Below, piece by piece: positions 19,793-29,652 of a stretch of DNA of 64,000 bases; the first letter of the stretch is position 1, and the number at the start of each line of letters is the position of its first letter. Under the pieces are notes generated by a model, which was not told the origin of the DNA, did no database searches, and saw nothing but the letters and a program-made list of their open reading frames with translations. A program made the position numbers and the translations under genes. Source of the stretch: Myxococcota bacterium (lineage in GTDB: Bacteria > Myxococcota_A > UBA796 > GCA-2862545). The DNA is taken from assembly GCA_039208735.1 (NCBI GenBank), contig JBCCQY010000024.1:1-64000 (forward strand), given 5' to 3'.

Positions 19793-20252
19793 GCGACGGC
19801 GCGAGGCTACACGACAGCCCAAATCCGTCGGGCTCGACTTCGAGATCCGTCACCTTGCCGTCCTGCAGAACCACGGCGTAGCGCTTGCTGCGGGTACCGC
19901 CGAGCACGGCTGCATCCACGTCCAAGCCCATCTTCTTCGTGAAGTCCGCCTGCGGATCCGCGAGCATGCGGATCTTGCCTTCAGCGTTGTGCGCGTCGCC
20001 CCACGCCTTCATGACGAAGACATCGTTGACGGCCACACATGCGACCGCATCGATACCCTTTGCACGAAGCGCATCAAAGTTCTCGATATAGCCGGGCAAA
20101 TGGGTCTTGTCACAGCCGGGGGTGAAAGCGCCGGGCACCGCGAAGATCACGACGCGCCCCGAGGCAAATGCCTGGGCCGGGTCGACCGTGTTGTCAGGGG
20201 CCCCTTCCTGAAGCTGGGCTGAAGGCAGAGAATCGCCAACCTGGATGCTCAT
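19776..20252 (-). CDS. Peroxiredoxin, Prx5-like
   Basis: FAVPGAFTPGCDKTHLPGY, CVAVNDVFVMKAWG, RSKRYA. Confidence 0.95.
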   Translation of the reverse strand: MSIQVGDSLPSAQLQEGAPDNTVDPAQAFASGRVVIFAVPGAFTPGCDKTHLPGYIENFDALRAKGIDAVACVAVNDVFVMKAWGDAHNAEGKIRMLADPQADFTKKMGLDVDAAVLGGTRSKRYAVVLQDGKVTDLEVEPDGFGLSCSLAPSLIDRL

Positions 20253-20400
20253 GTACGCTCCTTGCATGAGGGTCACCGCGTGGCGACCCCGTTTCCGCCG
20301 TGATGTATCGTTGATGCCAACAGAGTTACGGAAGCGCGGTAGGAGCGGTGCTCAATGACGATCCCGTCAGCCGTCCGGCACGCACCAGCGTGGGGGCAGA

Positions 20401-21420
20401 TTGTCGATCACCCGGATGGTGAGCTTGCGCGATTCTAGTGACCGCAAACGCGGCAACGCACGCACCCGAATGGTCTCGTTCGATGGAGACCCGATAGTCC
20501 TGCCGCCTGCTCCGAGCGGCGAGGTCGCGTTCATCGGAGCGTACGCAAAGATCCGGTCCACGTGTTTGGCAGCGACGGGCCCAGGCATCGCGCTGTTCGC
20601 CGTGGACGACGAAGGCATGGCGTCCGAAGCGGTGATCTACGCAAAGTCAGAGACGATTCAAACCGCGATCGTGGGCCGCCACAGCGAAGCCGACCTCGTG
20701 TTGGCGGACGACGCGCGCATCTCGTTGCGCCATCTCGCGGTGGTCATCTGCCCCGACCAGGGACCTGTGACGCGCTACCACGTGCTCGATTTGCGAACTC
20801 CGCTCGGGATGACGGACGAACGACAGACCGTCGTGGGCCACCTGGCAACGGCGGGGCCCATGTTGCTGACGGTGGGACGCTACGCCATCATCGCCATTCC
20901 GGTGGGCCGCGTGCGCCAATGGCCCGCCGATCCCCTCGCCGCTTGGCGAGGGCTTCCGCCACGGGACTACCAGACCGAGGCGACGTCGAGTCGTCGCATG
21001 GTGGCCGACGGCTACCGGCTCGACCCCGCGGTCACGGCGGTGCAGGTCCTGGGGCGACCTCGCTTTGCGCAGCGCACGCTGGCCGATGAGGCGGAGCGGC
21101 CGCTGGGGAATCTCATCGTTTCGTCGAAGCGCGGGAACGCTGAGTTCGTAATCGGCTCGGGTGCCCTGCAGGCGGGGGTGCTCCTCGGGCGCTACCAACG
21201 GTGCGACAACGCAGATTTGCCCTTGCTTGCAGACCACCGGATTTCACGGGTGCACCTGCTGCTGCTGTCGATCGATGACACGCTGTACGGCATCGACACC
21301 GCGTCGACGAACGGGGTGTGGCACGACCGAGTCCGGTTCCGCCACCGCCCGGTCGCCCATGGGGATTCCATCGAGTTCGGGAGCAAGCTTGCTCACGTGA
21401 CGTGGCGGCCGGTGGACTGA
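20401..21420 (+). CDS. Protein with two FHA-like segments (start uncertain, possibly 20416)
   Basis: IVGRHSEADLVL...ISLRHL and LLGRYQRCD...ISRVHLLL...DTASTNGVW. Confidence 0.75.
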   Translation: MSITRMVSLRDSSDRKRGNARTRMVSFDGDPIVLPPAPSGEVAFIGAYAKIRSTCLAATGPGIALFAVDDEGMASEAVIYAKSETIQTAIVGRHSEADLVLADDARISLRHLAVVICPDQGPVTRYHVLDLRTPLGMTDERQTVVGHLATAGPMLLTVGRYAIIAIPVGRVRQWPADPLAAWRGLPPRDYQTEATSSRRMVADGYRLDPAVTAVQVLGRPRFAQRTLADEAERPLGNLIVSSKRGNAEFVIGSGALQAGVLLGRYQRCDNADLPLLADHRISRVHLLLLSIDDTLYGIDTASTNGVWHDRVRFRHRPVAHGDSIEFGSKLAHVTWRPVD

Positions 21421-21435
21421 CGGCGACCCGCGAGG

Positions 21436-22428
21436 TCAGCCCGCCAAGAGTTCTGCTGCTTCGATCGCGAAATACGTGAGAATGCCATCCGCACCCGCCC
21501 GCTTGAACCCAAGCAGGGCTTCGAGCATGCAGGCTCGCTCGTCGATCCACCCGTTCGCACCTGCGGCTTTGAACATCGCGTACTCACCCGAGACCTGGTA
21601 CACGAAGGTGGGCCGAGCAAACCTCTCTTTGACCCGCCACAGAATGTCGAGGTAGGGCATGCCGGGCTTGACCATCACCCAGTCCGCTCCCTCCATGAGG
21701 TCGAGTTCCACCTCGTGCAACGCTTCGTCGCCGTTGCCTGGGTCCATCTGGTAGGTGCGCTTGTCGGTTCCTCCGCGAGGGGCGGAGTCCAAGGCATCTC
21801 GAAAGGGTCCGTAGAACGACGATGCATACTTGGCGGAGTACGCCAGGATGAGCGTGTTCGAAAACCCTTCTTCGTCGAGCGCGTCGCGGATGGCTCCGAC
21901 GCGGCCGTCCATCATGTCGGAGGGCGCGACGACATCGGCGCCGGCTCGCGCTTGGGCCACGGCCTGCTGGGTGAGGGCTTCGATGGTGCGCTCATTGTGG
22001 ATCTCTCCATCGACCACGATGCCGTCCTGACCCAGGCTGCTGTAGGGGTCGAGCGCGACATCGGTAATCACGATGAGATCAGGAAGGGCCGACTTCAGGG
22101 CGGCAATCGTCTGGGGCACCAGACCGTCATCGGCCCAGGCCGCGCGACCGTCTTCCGTTTTGAGCGAATCGTCGACGTGGGGGAAGAGCGCGATGGCTCG
22201 CACGCCGGCAGCCCAGCCGCGACGGGCCTGGCTCACCAAGCTCTCGATGGTGTAGCGAAACTGCCCCGGCATTGAAGGAATTGGCACATCAGGGCCTGCC
22301 TGGTCCGTCACGAACATGGGCTGGATGAAATCTTCGGGGGATAGGCGATGCTCGCGCACGAGGTCGCGGACGGCGGCGCGCGTGCGAAGTCGGCGTGGTC
22401 TGTGGTGGGGGTATTGCTGTCGGGACAT
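21436..22428 (-). CDS. hemB: Porphobilinogen synthase (Asp-rich, non-Zn type)
   Basis: RPRRLR, DVALDPYSSLGQDG, APSDMMDGR, AKYASSFYGPFRDA, MVKPG, YQVSGEY. Confidence 0.97.
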   Translation of the reverse strand: MSRQQYPHHRPRRLRTRAAVRDLVREHRLSPEDFIQPMFVTDQAGPDVPIPSMPGQFRYTIESLVSQARRGWAAGVRAIALFPHVDDSLKTEDGRAAWADDGLVPQTIAALKSALPDLIVITDVALDPYSSLGQDGIVVDGEIHNERTIEALTQQAVAQARAGADVVAPSDMMDGRVGAIRDALDEEGFSNTLILAYSAKYASSFYGPFRDALDSAPRGGTDKRTYQMDPGNGDEALHEVELDLMEGADWVMVKPGMPYLDILWRVKERFARPTFVYQVSGEYAMFKAAGANGWIDERACMLEALLGFKRAGADGILTYFAIEAAELLAG

Positions 22429-22469
22429 CCACTCACCTCCGCGCGGGGCGTAACCGCACGCCACGCGAG

Positions 22470-24038
22470 CTACCTTGGGCGATCCTCGGGGTCCAGCGTT
22501 TCCCCTTTAGCGAGCGTCTGTTGCACCCACGACAACGTGTCCGCATCGATCTTGAGCTTGGCCGGGGACCGCCGCCGAAGGCTTCCCATGACGAGCTTCA
22601 TCCGGTCCACCTCTCCGAGAATCTCAGCATTCCGGGAAAGGAATGACCAGTAGAGGTGGGTGATTGGGCACGTCTTCTTCGGATGGAATCGACAAGACGC
22701 ACAAAAATCGCTCATTTTGTCGATGTAGGCCGATCCGGACACGTACGGCTTTGTCGTCATGAGGTCGCCGAGCGAAAAGGTCCCCATGCCAAGCACGTTG
22801 GGCTGGACCACCCAGTCGTAGGCGTCGACGTAGGCCACCCAGAACCAATCGGAAAGCTCCTCGGCCGAATAGTCGAGCAGGGTCGCGAGGTTCGACAGCA
22901 CCATGAGCCGCGTGATGTGGTGGCTGTAGCCCTCCTCCCAGACCCCTTCGACCACATGATCGAGGCAGAACAGGCCCGATGGGGCTTGCCCCCAGAATGC
23001 GGGTGGCAGAGCGTTTCCGTCACCGAGGTGGCGGCGGCGAAACCCGTCGGGCAACGCAGTGAGGCCTTCGGTGCGTTCATGGACGTGACGCACGAACTCC
23101 CGCCATCCGATGAGTTGGCGAATGAAACCTTCTTTGCTCGACATGGGAATGTCGAGCGCCAGAACATCGTCGAGGACGGGTTGGGCGAGCAGCCGACCCA
23201 CATTCAGCAAGGGGGAGAGCCGGGTGTGGAAGACGTTGCGGCTTTGCACGCTCATCGCGTCTTCATAGGGGCCAAAGTGCGTCATGCACGTGGCCTTGGC
23301 CCATTCCCAAACCGCGGTGGCGTCGGACTGGGTGGTCGGAACGGAATCGGGGGTCAGCTGCCCAGGGTGATCCACAAACCGGGTGGCGATCCACTCGGCC
23401 GCTTCGGCGGTGATGGGGTCTACCTCGAACGTGGGCGGGGTCGGCGCGACGGGATCTCCCGACCATGGCTTGCGATTGTCTCCATCGAAGCTGTAGCGCC
23501 CACCAATCGGTTTGCCTCCCTCCATGAGCAGGCCGGTTCGTTTCCTGACTCGTCGGTAGAACGCATCCATCCGCCAGGGCGGGCTTCCCAGGGCATCGAA
23601 GTCGGAGTCGTGCGTAAGCCAGCCCCCATGGGGGATTTCGACCAGGCCACCGTCTTCGAACAACGGAGCGAGTTCGTGCCGCAGTTCGTACTCTGCGGGG
23701 CGTCGAACCTCGAGGGGGCCGTGGTCCGCGATGGCCGCACGAAGTTGATCGGCGATGGGTGCGGGTCCTGCACGAACATCGACGGCCACTCCGCGGGCCG
23801 CTTGCTCGAGGGCAAAGTGCCGGCCGTTGGCCAACACCCACAGCAGCTTTTGTTTGTGGTACGGCCTGCGACCGCCTTTGTCTGCGCTCTCCACCATGAC
23901 GATGCCCAAGGTCTCGGGAGGCTGCTCGGCGAGCGGGCCTACGGCATCGGACAGCTGGTCGTACGCGACGTAGATCCAGCGTCGGCCTTCAGCATTCGTC
24001 GGTTGGACCTTCGCAAGCGCCTCCCGAAACTCCTTCAT
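22470..24038 (-). CDS. Cryptochrome/photolyase of the FeS-cluster (CryB/PhrB, DPRP-domain) type
   Basis: YDQL, YHKQKL, WRMDAFYRRVR, GGRYSFDGDNRKP, FGPYEDAM, EGFIRQLIGWREF, GYSHHITRLMV, TKPYVSGSAYIDKMSDFCASC...CP. Confidence 0.92.
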   Translation of the reverse strand: MKEFREALAKVQPTNAEGRRWIYVAYDQLSDAVGPLAEQPPETLGIVMVESADKGGRRPYHKQKLLWVLANGRHFALEQAARGVAVDVRAGPAPIADQLRAAIADHGPLEVRRPAEYELRHELAPLFEDGGLVEIPHGGWLTHDSDFDALGSPPWRMDAFYRRVRKRTGLLMEGGKPIGGRYSFDGDNRKPWSGDPVAPTPPTFEVDPITAEAAEWIATRFVDHPGQLTPDSVPTTQSDATAVWEWAKATCMTHFGPYEDAMSVQSRNVFHTRLSPLLNVGRLLAQPVLDDVLALDIPMSSKEGFIRQLIGWREFVRHVHERTEGLTALPDGFRRRHLGDGNALPPAFWGQAPSGLFCLDHVVEGVWEEGYSHHITRLMVLSNLATLLDYSAEELSDWFWVAYVDAYDWVVQPNVLGMGTFSLGDLMTTKPYVSGSAYIDKMSDFCASCRFHPKKTCPITHLYWSFLSRNAEILGEVDRMKLVMGSLRRRSPAKLKIDADTLSWVQQTLAKGETLDPEDRPR

Positions 24039-24223
24039 GAGGCGCTTCCGGAGGCCTCCGCCTTCGCAGCTTCGAGGCGAGCAAAGATCGCTTCGGCCTC
24101 GGTGTACAGCTCGGCCTGACGGGCTCGGTCCCCAAACTTCTCGGCGTCCTTCGCCTCTTTCATCTTCGCTTCGTACTCGCGCTGAAGCTTCTTGATCGGG
24201 TCGGATTTGAACCAGCCGAACAC
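24035..24223 (-). CDS. Small helical protein, DUF6435-like
   Basis: MFGWFKSDPIKKLQREYEAKMKEA...GD...AELYTEAE; GGAGG Shine-Dalgarno; ATGA overlap with the photolyase. Confidence 0.75.
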   Translation of the reverse strand: MFGWFKSDPIKKLQREYEAKMKEAKDAEKFGDRARQAELYTEAEAIFARLEAAKAEASGSAS

Positions 24224-24270
24224 AGGACCTCCGGGACGGTCGGGTTTCGGGTACCGCGTATGGATTCCAG

Positions 24271-24861
24271 TCAGGCGTTGACCCTGCGCAATACCTGGTC
24301 GAGCGCTCGAACCGCCGCGTACGTCGGTCGTGTCATCGTGCGGGATTGCGAGCGAACCGTCCGAACTTGGCCGACCAGCCAGGCGGCGAGATCGGGGTCG
24401 TGCGCCGTAAACAGTTGCACATGCTCGCCCAGGCCCACCAGATCGATGCCCGGGCCTTCACCCCAGGAGGTGACGTGGCTCGGTGGCGCGTCGAGAAGCA
24501 GCTTGCGGCCTTGCCACACCCGGATGCGGTTGGGGTTGATCTCCAGCTGACAGCGCTCGCGCCGGCGTGACCATTCGTCGAGGAGCACCGCAGCGCCGTA
24601 GACCAACGCCTGTCCAAGCATCAGCCCGCAGGCTCCTCCAAGGGTCGCGAGGACCCGAAGCCCGAGGTCAGCTCCCGTGGCGCCCAAGTGAATCCCCAGG
24701 ACCGTGAAGACGAGGAGGATGGGGGTTCCCAGAAACCCCACCAACGGTGTCAGATCGGGCTTTGGAGAACGAGGATCCCGACTCTGCAGGTCGACGGCGA
24801 GGCCATTCGACAGCCAGGTGATGGGAGCGCGACCTGAGGCGACGGGAAGGTCCTTGTGCAT
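24271..24861 (-). CDS. Hypothetical membrane protein (two TM helices)
   Basis: ORF with two hydrophobic segments; start placed at MHKDLPV to avoid overlapping hemJ. Confidence 0.55.
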   Translation of the reverse strand: MHKDLPVASGRAPITWLSNGLAVDLQSRDPRSPKPDLTPLVGFLGTPILLVFTVLGIHLGATGADLGLRVLATLGGACGLMLGQALVYGAAVLLDEWSRRRERCQLEINPNRIRVWQGRKLLLDAPPSHVTSWGEGPGIDLVGLGEHVQLFTAHDPDLAAWLVGQVRTVRSQSRTMTRPTYAAVRALDQVLRRVNA

Positions 24862-24916
24862 GAGGTCGACATCGTTTGGTCGGACGCTCCCTTGAGCCCG
24901 GGATACAGCCCAGCCC

Positions 24917-25459
24917 ATGGATGTCCTGACGCTCAAGGCCCTCCACATCGTGGCCGTCGTGTGCTGGTTTGCCGGCCTGTTCTACATTGTGCGGTTGTTC
25001 GTGTACCTGCGCGAGACCATGGATCGGCCAGCGGCGGAGCGGGCCGTGCTCGACCCGCAATTGCAGCTCATGGCGACCCGACTTTGGCTTGGCATCACCT
25101 GGCCATCCGGAGTGGCGACGGTGGTGCTTGGCCTCGCGCTGCTGGGCACGCAGTACGGGCTTGGACCTTACCCGGGTTGGATGCATCTCAAGCTGGCACT
25201 GGTCGCGGGGTTGTGCGCTTACCACGCTGGTTGCCACGTGATCTACCACCGTCTCATCCGGGGCGTTCCGGTGTGGTCGGGACGCGGATTTCGCATCTAC
25301 AACGAGCTGGCCACCTTGTTTCTGGTGTCCATCGTGTTCCTCGTGGTGCTGAAGAGTGCGTTGTCGGTGGTGTGGGGTGTGTTGGGGCTGATCGGGTTTG
25401 CCGCCGTGCTCATGTTGGGCATCAACGTCTACCGCCGCGTGCGCCAACCGACGGTGTGA
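24917..25459 (+). CDS. hemJ: Protoporphyrinogen IX oxidase HemJ
   Basis: LKALHIVAVVCWFAGLFYIVRLFVY, ITWPS, WMHLKLALV, FRIYNE. Confidence 0.92.
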   Translation: MDVLTLKALHIVAVVCWFAGLFYIVRLFVYLRETMDRPAAERAVLDPQLQLMATRLWLGITWPSGVATVVLGLALLGTQYGLGPYPGWMHLKLALVAGLCAYHAGCHVIYHRLIRGVPVWSGRGFRIYNELATLFLVSIVFLVVLKSALSVVWGVLGLIGFAAVLMLGINVYRRVRQPTV

Positions 25460-25529
25460 CGGGACGGTGACCCCTCAACGCGGAGCGTTCCTCGTCCCGT
25501 TCGGATAGTCGACCGCGGGAGGGCGGCCG

Positions 25530-26483
25530 ATGCTGTTGTATGCGGTGTGGATGCTCGTGGGCCTCATCGGGCTTGTCTTTGGTGCCGAGTCACTGGTTCG
25601 CGGAGCGAGCGCCATCGCCCAAAAGCTTGGGGTGCGACCTGCCGTCGTCGGGTTGACGGTCGTGGCCTGGGGCACATCGTTTCCCGAACTCATGATTTCG
25701 ATCGATGCATCGCTCGGTGGCTTTGCGGACCTCGCGATTGCCAATGTGGTGGGGTCGAACTTCTACAACATCACGCTGATCGTGGGGCTGTCGGGGCTCA
25801 TCAGTGGGCTTTCTGTCCAGCGGGAGACGCTCCGCATCGACCTTCCCGCGATGTTGGCGGCAACGCTGGCCTTCGTAGCGGTGGCCGCCGATGGTGAAAT
25901 CTCGCGGTTTGAGGGCGGGCTCTTTGTCATTGCCCTGGTTGCGTTCACCATCTTCGTGTTGTGGATGATGCCCCCTGAGGGCTCGTCGGGGCCCCATACC
26001 AGCAGCTTCATGCTCATCAAGCCGCCTTCGATACCGTGGGCCTCCGAAATCGTGGCCGTGCTCGCGGTGCTCATTGGCGTGGCCTGCTTAGGCTACGGCG
26101 CGCAGTGGTTCACCGATGGTGCCGTCTCGATCGCCGAGTCGCTCGGGGTGTCCCGCCGGGTCATTGGCCTCACGTTGGTGGCGCTGGGAACGAGCCTTCC
26201 CGAGCTGGCCACCAGCATCGTCGCGGCACTTCGAGGGCAGGCTGACATCGCAGTGAGCAATGTGGTGGGGAGCAACCTGTTGAACCTGCTCGTGATCGTA
26301 GGCGTCGCCGCCATGATTCGGCCGATCCCGGTGGCGGCGCATGTCGTATACCAGGACATGGGGATTTTGCTTGGGATTAGCGGCATTTTCGGGTTCTTTC
26401 TTTGGACCGGAACCCGGATCGTACGACTCGAAGGGTTCACCTTGCTTGCGCTCGGCGTCGCCTACACCATGTGGCTGATTTAG
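25530..26483 (+). CDS. Ca2+/Na+ antiporter (YrbG-like)
   Basis: Two alpha repeats: GLTVVAWGTSFPEL...NVVGSN and GLTLVALGTSLPEL...NVVGSN. Confidence 0.93.
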   Translation: MLLYAVWMLVGLIGLVFGAESLVRGASAIAQKLGVRPAVVGLTVVAWGTSFPELMISIDASLGGFADLAIANVVGSNFYNITLIVGLSGLISGLSVQRETLRIDLPAMLAATLAFVAVAADGEISRFEGGLFVIALVAFTIFVLWMMPPEGSSGPHTSSFMLIKPPSIPWASEIVAVLAVLIGVACLGYGAQWFTDGAVSIAESLGVSRRVIGLTLVALGTSLPELATSIVAALRGQADIAVSNVVGSNLLNLLVIVGVAAMIRPIPVAAHVVYQDMGILLGISGIFGFFLWTGTRIVRLEGFTLLALGVAYTMWLI

Positions 26484-27718
26484 CGACCCAGGGCCAAGGT
26501 GACGTTGGTGCCGCCAAACCCAAAGCTGTTCGACAGCGCGACCGACAACGGCCGCTGGGCCATCTCAAGGACCGGAGGCCAGTCCTCGAGCGCGGGATCC
26601 AGCGGGTCGGCATGGACCGACGGCGCGATGAATCCCTCACGAATCATCGCCAGCGTAGCGATGGCTTCGATGGCGCCGGCGGCGCTGATCGAGTGGCCGG
26701 TGTAGCCTTTGGTAGAGCCGTAGGCGGGGCGGTGGTCGCCAAACACCTCGCGGAGCGCCTGCACTTCGGTGACGTCGCCCACGGGCGTGCTCGTGCCGTG
26801 CGTGTTGACATACTCCACCTCGGAAGCGGCAAGTCCCGAGTGCCGGAGTGCCGCGCGCATGGCCTTGGCGGCTCCACCCGCGAAGGGCGCAACCATTTCG
26901 CCCTGACCGTCGGACGACATGCCCCAGCCCAACAAGGTGCCCAGGATGGGCTGGTTGCGGGCTTCCGCGCGGTCCCGACGTTCGAGCACAACGATGCCCG
27001 CCGCTTCACCAAAGATGAAGCCAGCCCGATCCGCCGCGTAGGGTCGTGACGGACGCACGCGGTCCTCGCTTCCGGTTCGGTTGTAGGCCCGCATCGCATC
27101 GAAGCCAGCGTGGAAGTGCATGTCAAGCACCTCCGTGCCCCCAGCAATGGCGGCCGGCGCGAACCCGTCCCGCACCACTTGGGCCGCGATCAACAAGTTC
27201 CATGCTCCGCCTGCGCAGGCGGCAGAAGCGGACATCGAGGGGCCTGTCGCCTTCAGCACATTGACGAGATTGGCGGAAACCGTGGAGGCCATGATGCGAG
27301 GAATCACGGTTGGACCGATGCCCCGGACGGTGCCTTTCGACACGATGCCTTCCACGTCCCGGTGGGTTTGCACATCGCCTGTGCCGGAGCCCACGATGAC
27401 GGCCAGGCCCTCGGTGTCAATTTGGGCCTCGCGCAGCGCCGAACGCGCTGCATAAAGGGCCATCCGGCTCGCCTTCCCCAGGAAACGAGCGGACTTTCGA
27501 TCGACGCCGATCTGTTCGTTATCGAGGTCGGCGGTGACCAAACCGATGACGTCGCAGCTGCAGCCAATGGCCGTTGCCTCGGGCCAGACGTCAAACGCCG
27601 GGCTCTCGCCCGCCTTGAGGGCGGCAATGAGATGGGACGGTTCGGTGCCGAATCGGCTGACCGCGCCCGTCCCGGTGACGACGATGTCGTCGGGGCGAGG
27701 ATCGCGAGGATGAGCCAT
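26480..27718 (-). CDS. Beta-ketoacyl-ACP synthase (FabB/FabF family)
   Basis: SAACAGG active-site Cys, NTHGTSTPVGD, STKGYTGHS, SNSFGFGGTN. Confidence 0.92.
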   Translation of the reverse strand: MAHPRDPRPDDIVVTGTGAVSRFGTEPSHLIAALKAGESPAFDVWPEATAIGCSCDVIGLVTADLDNEQIGVDRKSARFLGKASRMALYAARSALREAQIDTEGLAVIVGSGTGDVQTHRDVEGIVSKGTVRGIGPTVIPRIMASTVSANLVNVLKATGPSMSASAACAGGAWNLLIAAQVVRDGFAPAAIAGGTEVLDMHFHAGFDAMRAYNRTGSEDRVRPSRPYAADRAGFIFGEAAGIVVLERRDRAEARNQPILGTLLGWGMSSDGQGEMVAPFAGGAAKAMRAALRHSGLAASEVEYVNTHGTSTPVGDVTEVQALREVFGDHRPAYGSTKGYTGHSISAAGAIEAIATLAMIREGFIAPSVHADPLDPALEDWPPVLEMAQRPLSVALSNSFGFGGTNVTLALGR

Positions 27719-27853
27719 GTTGCGAACTCCTGCAGAAAAGGGGCAGGCCCGTAACCACCGAGCTCTTGCCGCGCTTGTGTGTGATCCTCGGCGGTGGCCG
27801 GCCCGTGTCGCAGGTGTGATCCACAATAGACCGGTCTTTCACCCGAGCGGCTC

Positions 27854-28762
27854 ATGCACGTGGACTACAACGACGTGGTCGTCTTCGCTGAGGTGGTCCG
27901 TGCGCGAGGGTTCACGGCGGCCGGGCAAGTCCTTGACCTGCCTGCATCGGCGGTCAGTCGACGCGTGGCCCGTCTCGAGAAAGCCCTTGGCTACGCGCTG
28001 CTTCACCGGACGACCCGACGGGTAGGACTGACCGATGCGGGTCGGCTGTTCTACGAGCGCATCGCGACCATCGCCGCGCAGGTCGATGCAGGACGCCGTG
28101 CGGTCGCTGCGAGCCGTCGCACCCCCTCTGGGGTGGTCCGCATCACCATTCCGCCCGATGAGCACGGCATTCTTTGGTCGTTGCTTTCGCCATTCGTACA
28201 CACCCATCCAGATGTGGATCTGGAAGTGATTCAAACGCTTGAGAAACTCGATCTTCTCGAGCACGACATCGATGTGGCCTTGCGTGGAGGGCCCGCGCCG
28301 GACACGGCAGACCATCGGGCGGTACAGATCTTCGAGTCGCGAATTTTGCTTGCGGCAAGCCCGGAATACCTTGCGGCCCACGGAATCCCGGAACGGGTGG
28401 AAGACCTTTCCGAGCATCTTGGGGTGTGCCTCGACGGGTGGGTTCCCAACGCCATTCGACGACTTCCCGCCAGCGATGACGGCACTCCGTTGCGAATCGA
28501 AATGCGCAACCGGCTGCGTTCGAGTTCCCTTCAGATGGCGCAACGCGCTGCCCTCGAAGGGCTTGGCATTGCCCCGGTGCTCGAGATGGCGGCCCAGGAC
28601 GCACTCAATCAAGGTCGCTTGGTGGAGGTTCTGCCCGGTGCACTTCCGCCTTCCTCGCCAATGTGGGCCATTTCACCGCTCGAACGTGCTCGCTCGGCTG
28701 CAGTCACCGCACTGGTCGATACCATCGTGGCCGAAGCACAGTCTCATTCGAAGAAAAGATGA
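27854..28762 (+). CDS. LysR-family transcriptional regulator
   Basis: FAEVVRARGFTAAG...SAVSRRVARLEKALG..LLHRTTRRVGLTDAG; divergent from the ketoacyl synthase. Confidence 0.95.
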   Translation: MHVDYNDVVVFAEVVRARGFTAAGQVLDLPASAVSRRVARLEKALGYALLHRTTRRVGLTDAGRLFYERIATIAAQVDAGRRAVAASRRTPSGVVRITIPPDEHGILWSLLSPFVHTHPDVDLEVIQTLEKLDLLEHDIDVALRGGPAPDTADHRAVQIFESRILLAASPEYLAAHGIPERVEDLSEHLGVCLDGWVPNAIRRLPASDDGTPLRIEMRNRLRSSSLQMAQRAALEGLGIAPVLEMAAQDALNQGRLVEVLPGALPPSSPMWAISPLERARSAAVTALVDTIVAEAQSHSKKR

Positions 28763-28932
28763 GTAAATATCAATGTTTTGAGTGATCCGGTTGTAACTTG
28801 CCGGCAACTCGGGTGTGCCTCCTCGGTAACGCGGCGGTGGTCCAGTCCTGGTCGATGGCTTCGGCAGAGGCGAGTAGACCTTGCAGATGCCATGGGAATC
28901 CCTCTGGATACGCCCGACCGGAGGGGTTGCTC

Positions 28933-29652
28933 ATGGTCTGGTCGGTGGTGTCGATGGTCCTGGTGACGGTCGGATTCGTAGCGTTGCTTGCGTTCGTTCC
29001 GTTCAATCGCTGGATCTTCCAACACCAAGGGCGGCGTATCGAGGTTCGAAACTTTGGATTGACAGAGTCTGTTCGGGTAGATGGGGTGGTGGTGCCCGAA
29101 TCTCGGGTGGCGGGAGATTTCGTCAGTTTCGCCACCCACGCGATTCCGTTTTCCAATGGGGAATCCCTGATCATCGAAATCACGACCTCCACGTTCGCCA
29201 TGCGATGCCTCGCACGGTTGGGCACCCGGGTGGTGTTCGATTCGATCGGCCAGCCGGCAACGCTTCCGCTCGTGGATGATCCCCGTTGGGAGGCCGCGCA
29301 GACCTTGCTCTCAGAGCTGGATGACCACCCAAGTACCGCTCGGTCGGCGGCCACGTTGCGACGGGTTCTCGAGCGAGGCTTTCTTTCCCTGTCGAAGACC
29401 CGTCGACTCGCCGAGGCGCATCGCACGTTGGGGAGCGATGACCTTGGCAACGCGGTTGCTCAGCACGAACGAAAGGTCCGCGATGCGTTGGAACTGCTTC
29501 GACAGCTCCACCTGGCGGCTCATCGCCCTCGCCGTGCGCCTACCGCTAAGCCCTCGACGTCTTCGGTGAGCACACCTCGAACGAGCACGATGCGCTCCGC
29601 CGACCGAGCCCAGCTCGACAAGGTGTCGCGCACGCTGACAGGGAGCCCCTGA
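28933..29652 (+). CDS. Hypothetical membrane-anchored protein
   Basis: GAGGGG Shine-Dalgarno, N-terminal TM (MVWSVVSMVLVTVGFVALLAFVPF); 3' end overlaps the convergent gene by about 130 nt. Confidence 0.55.
   Translation: MVWSVVSMVLVTVGFVALLAFVPFNRWIFQHQGRRIEVRNFGLTESVRVDGVVVPESRVAGDFVSFATHAIPFSNGESLIIEITTSTFAMRCLARLGTRVVFDSIGQPATLPLVDDPRWEAAQTLLSELDDHPSTARSAATLRRVLERGFLSLSKTRRLAEAHRTLGSDDLGNAVAQHERKVRDALELLRQLHLAAHRPRRAPTAKPSTSSVSTPRTSTMRSADRAQLDKVSRTLTGSP

Noticed and set aside
29520..29652. About 130-nt convergent overlap between two genes as a dual-coding element
   Set aside because: The plus-strand tail is low-complexity and best explained by stop-codon drift.
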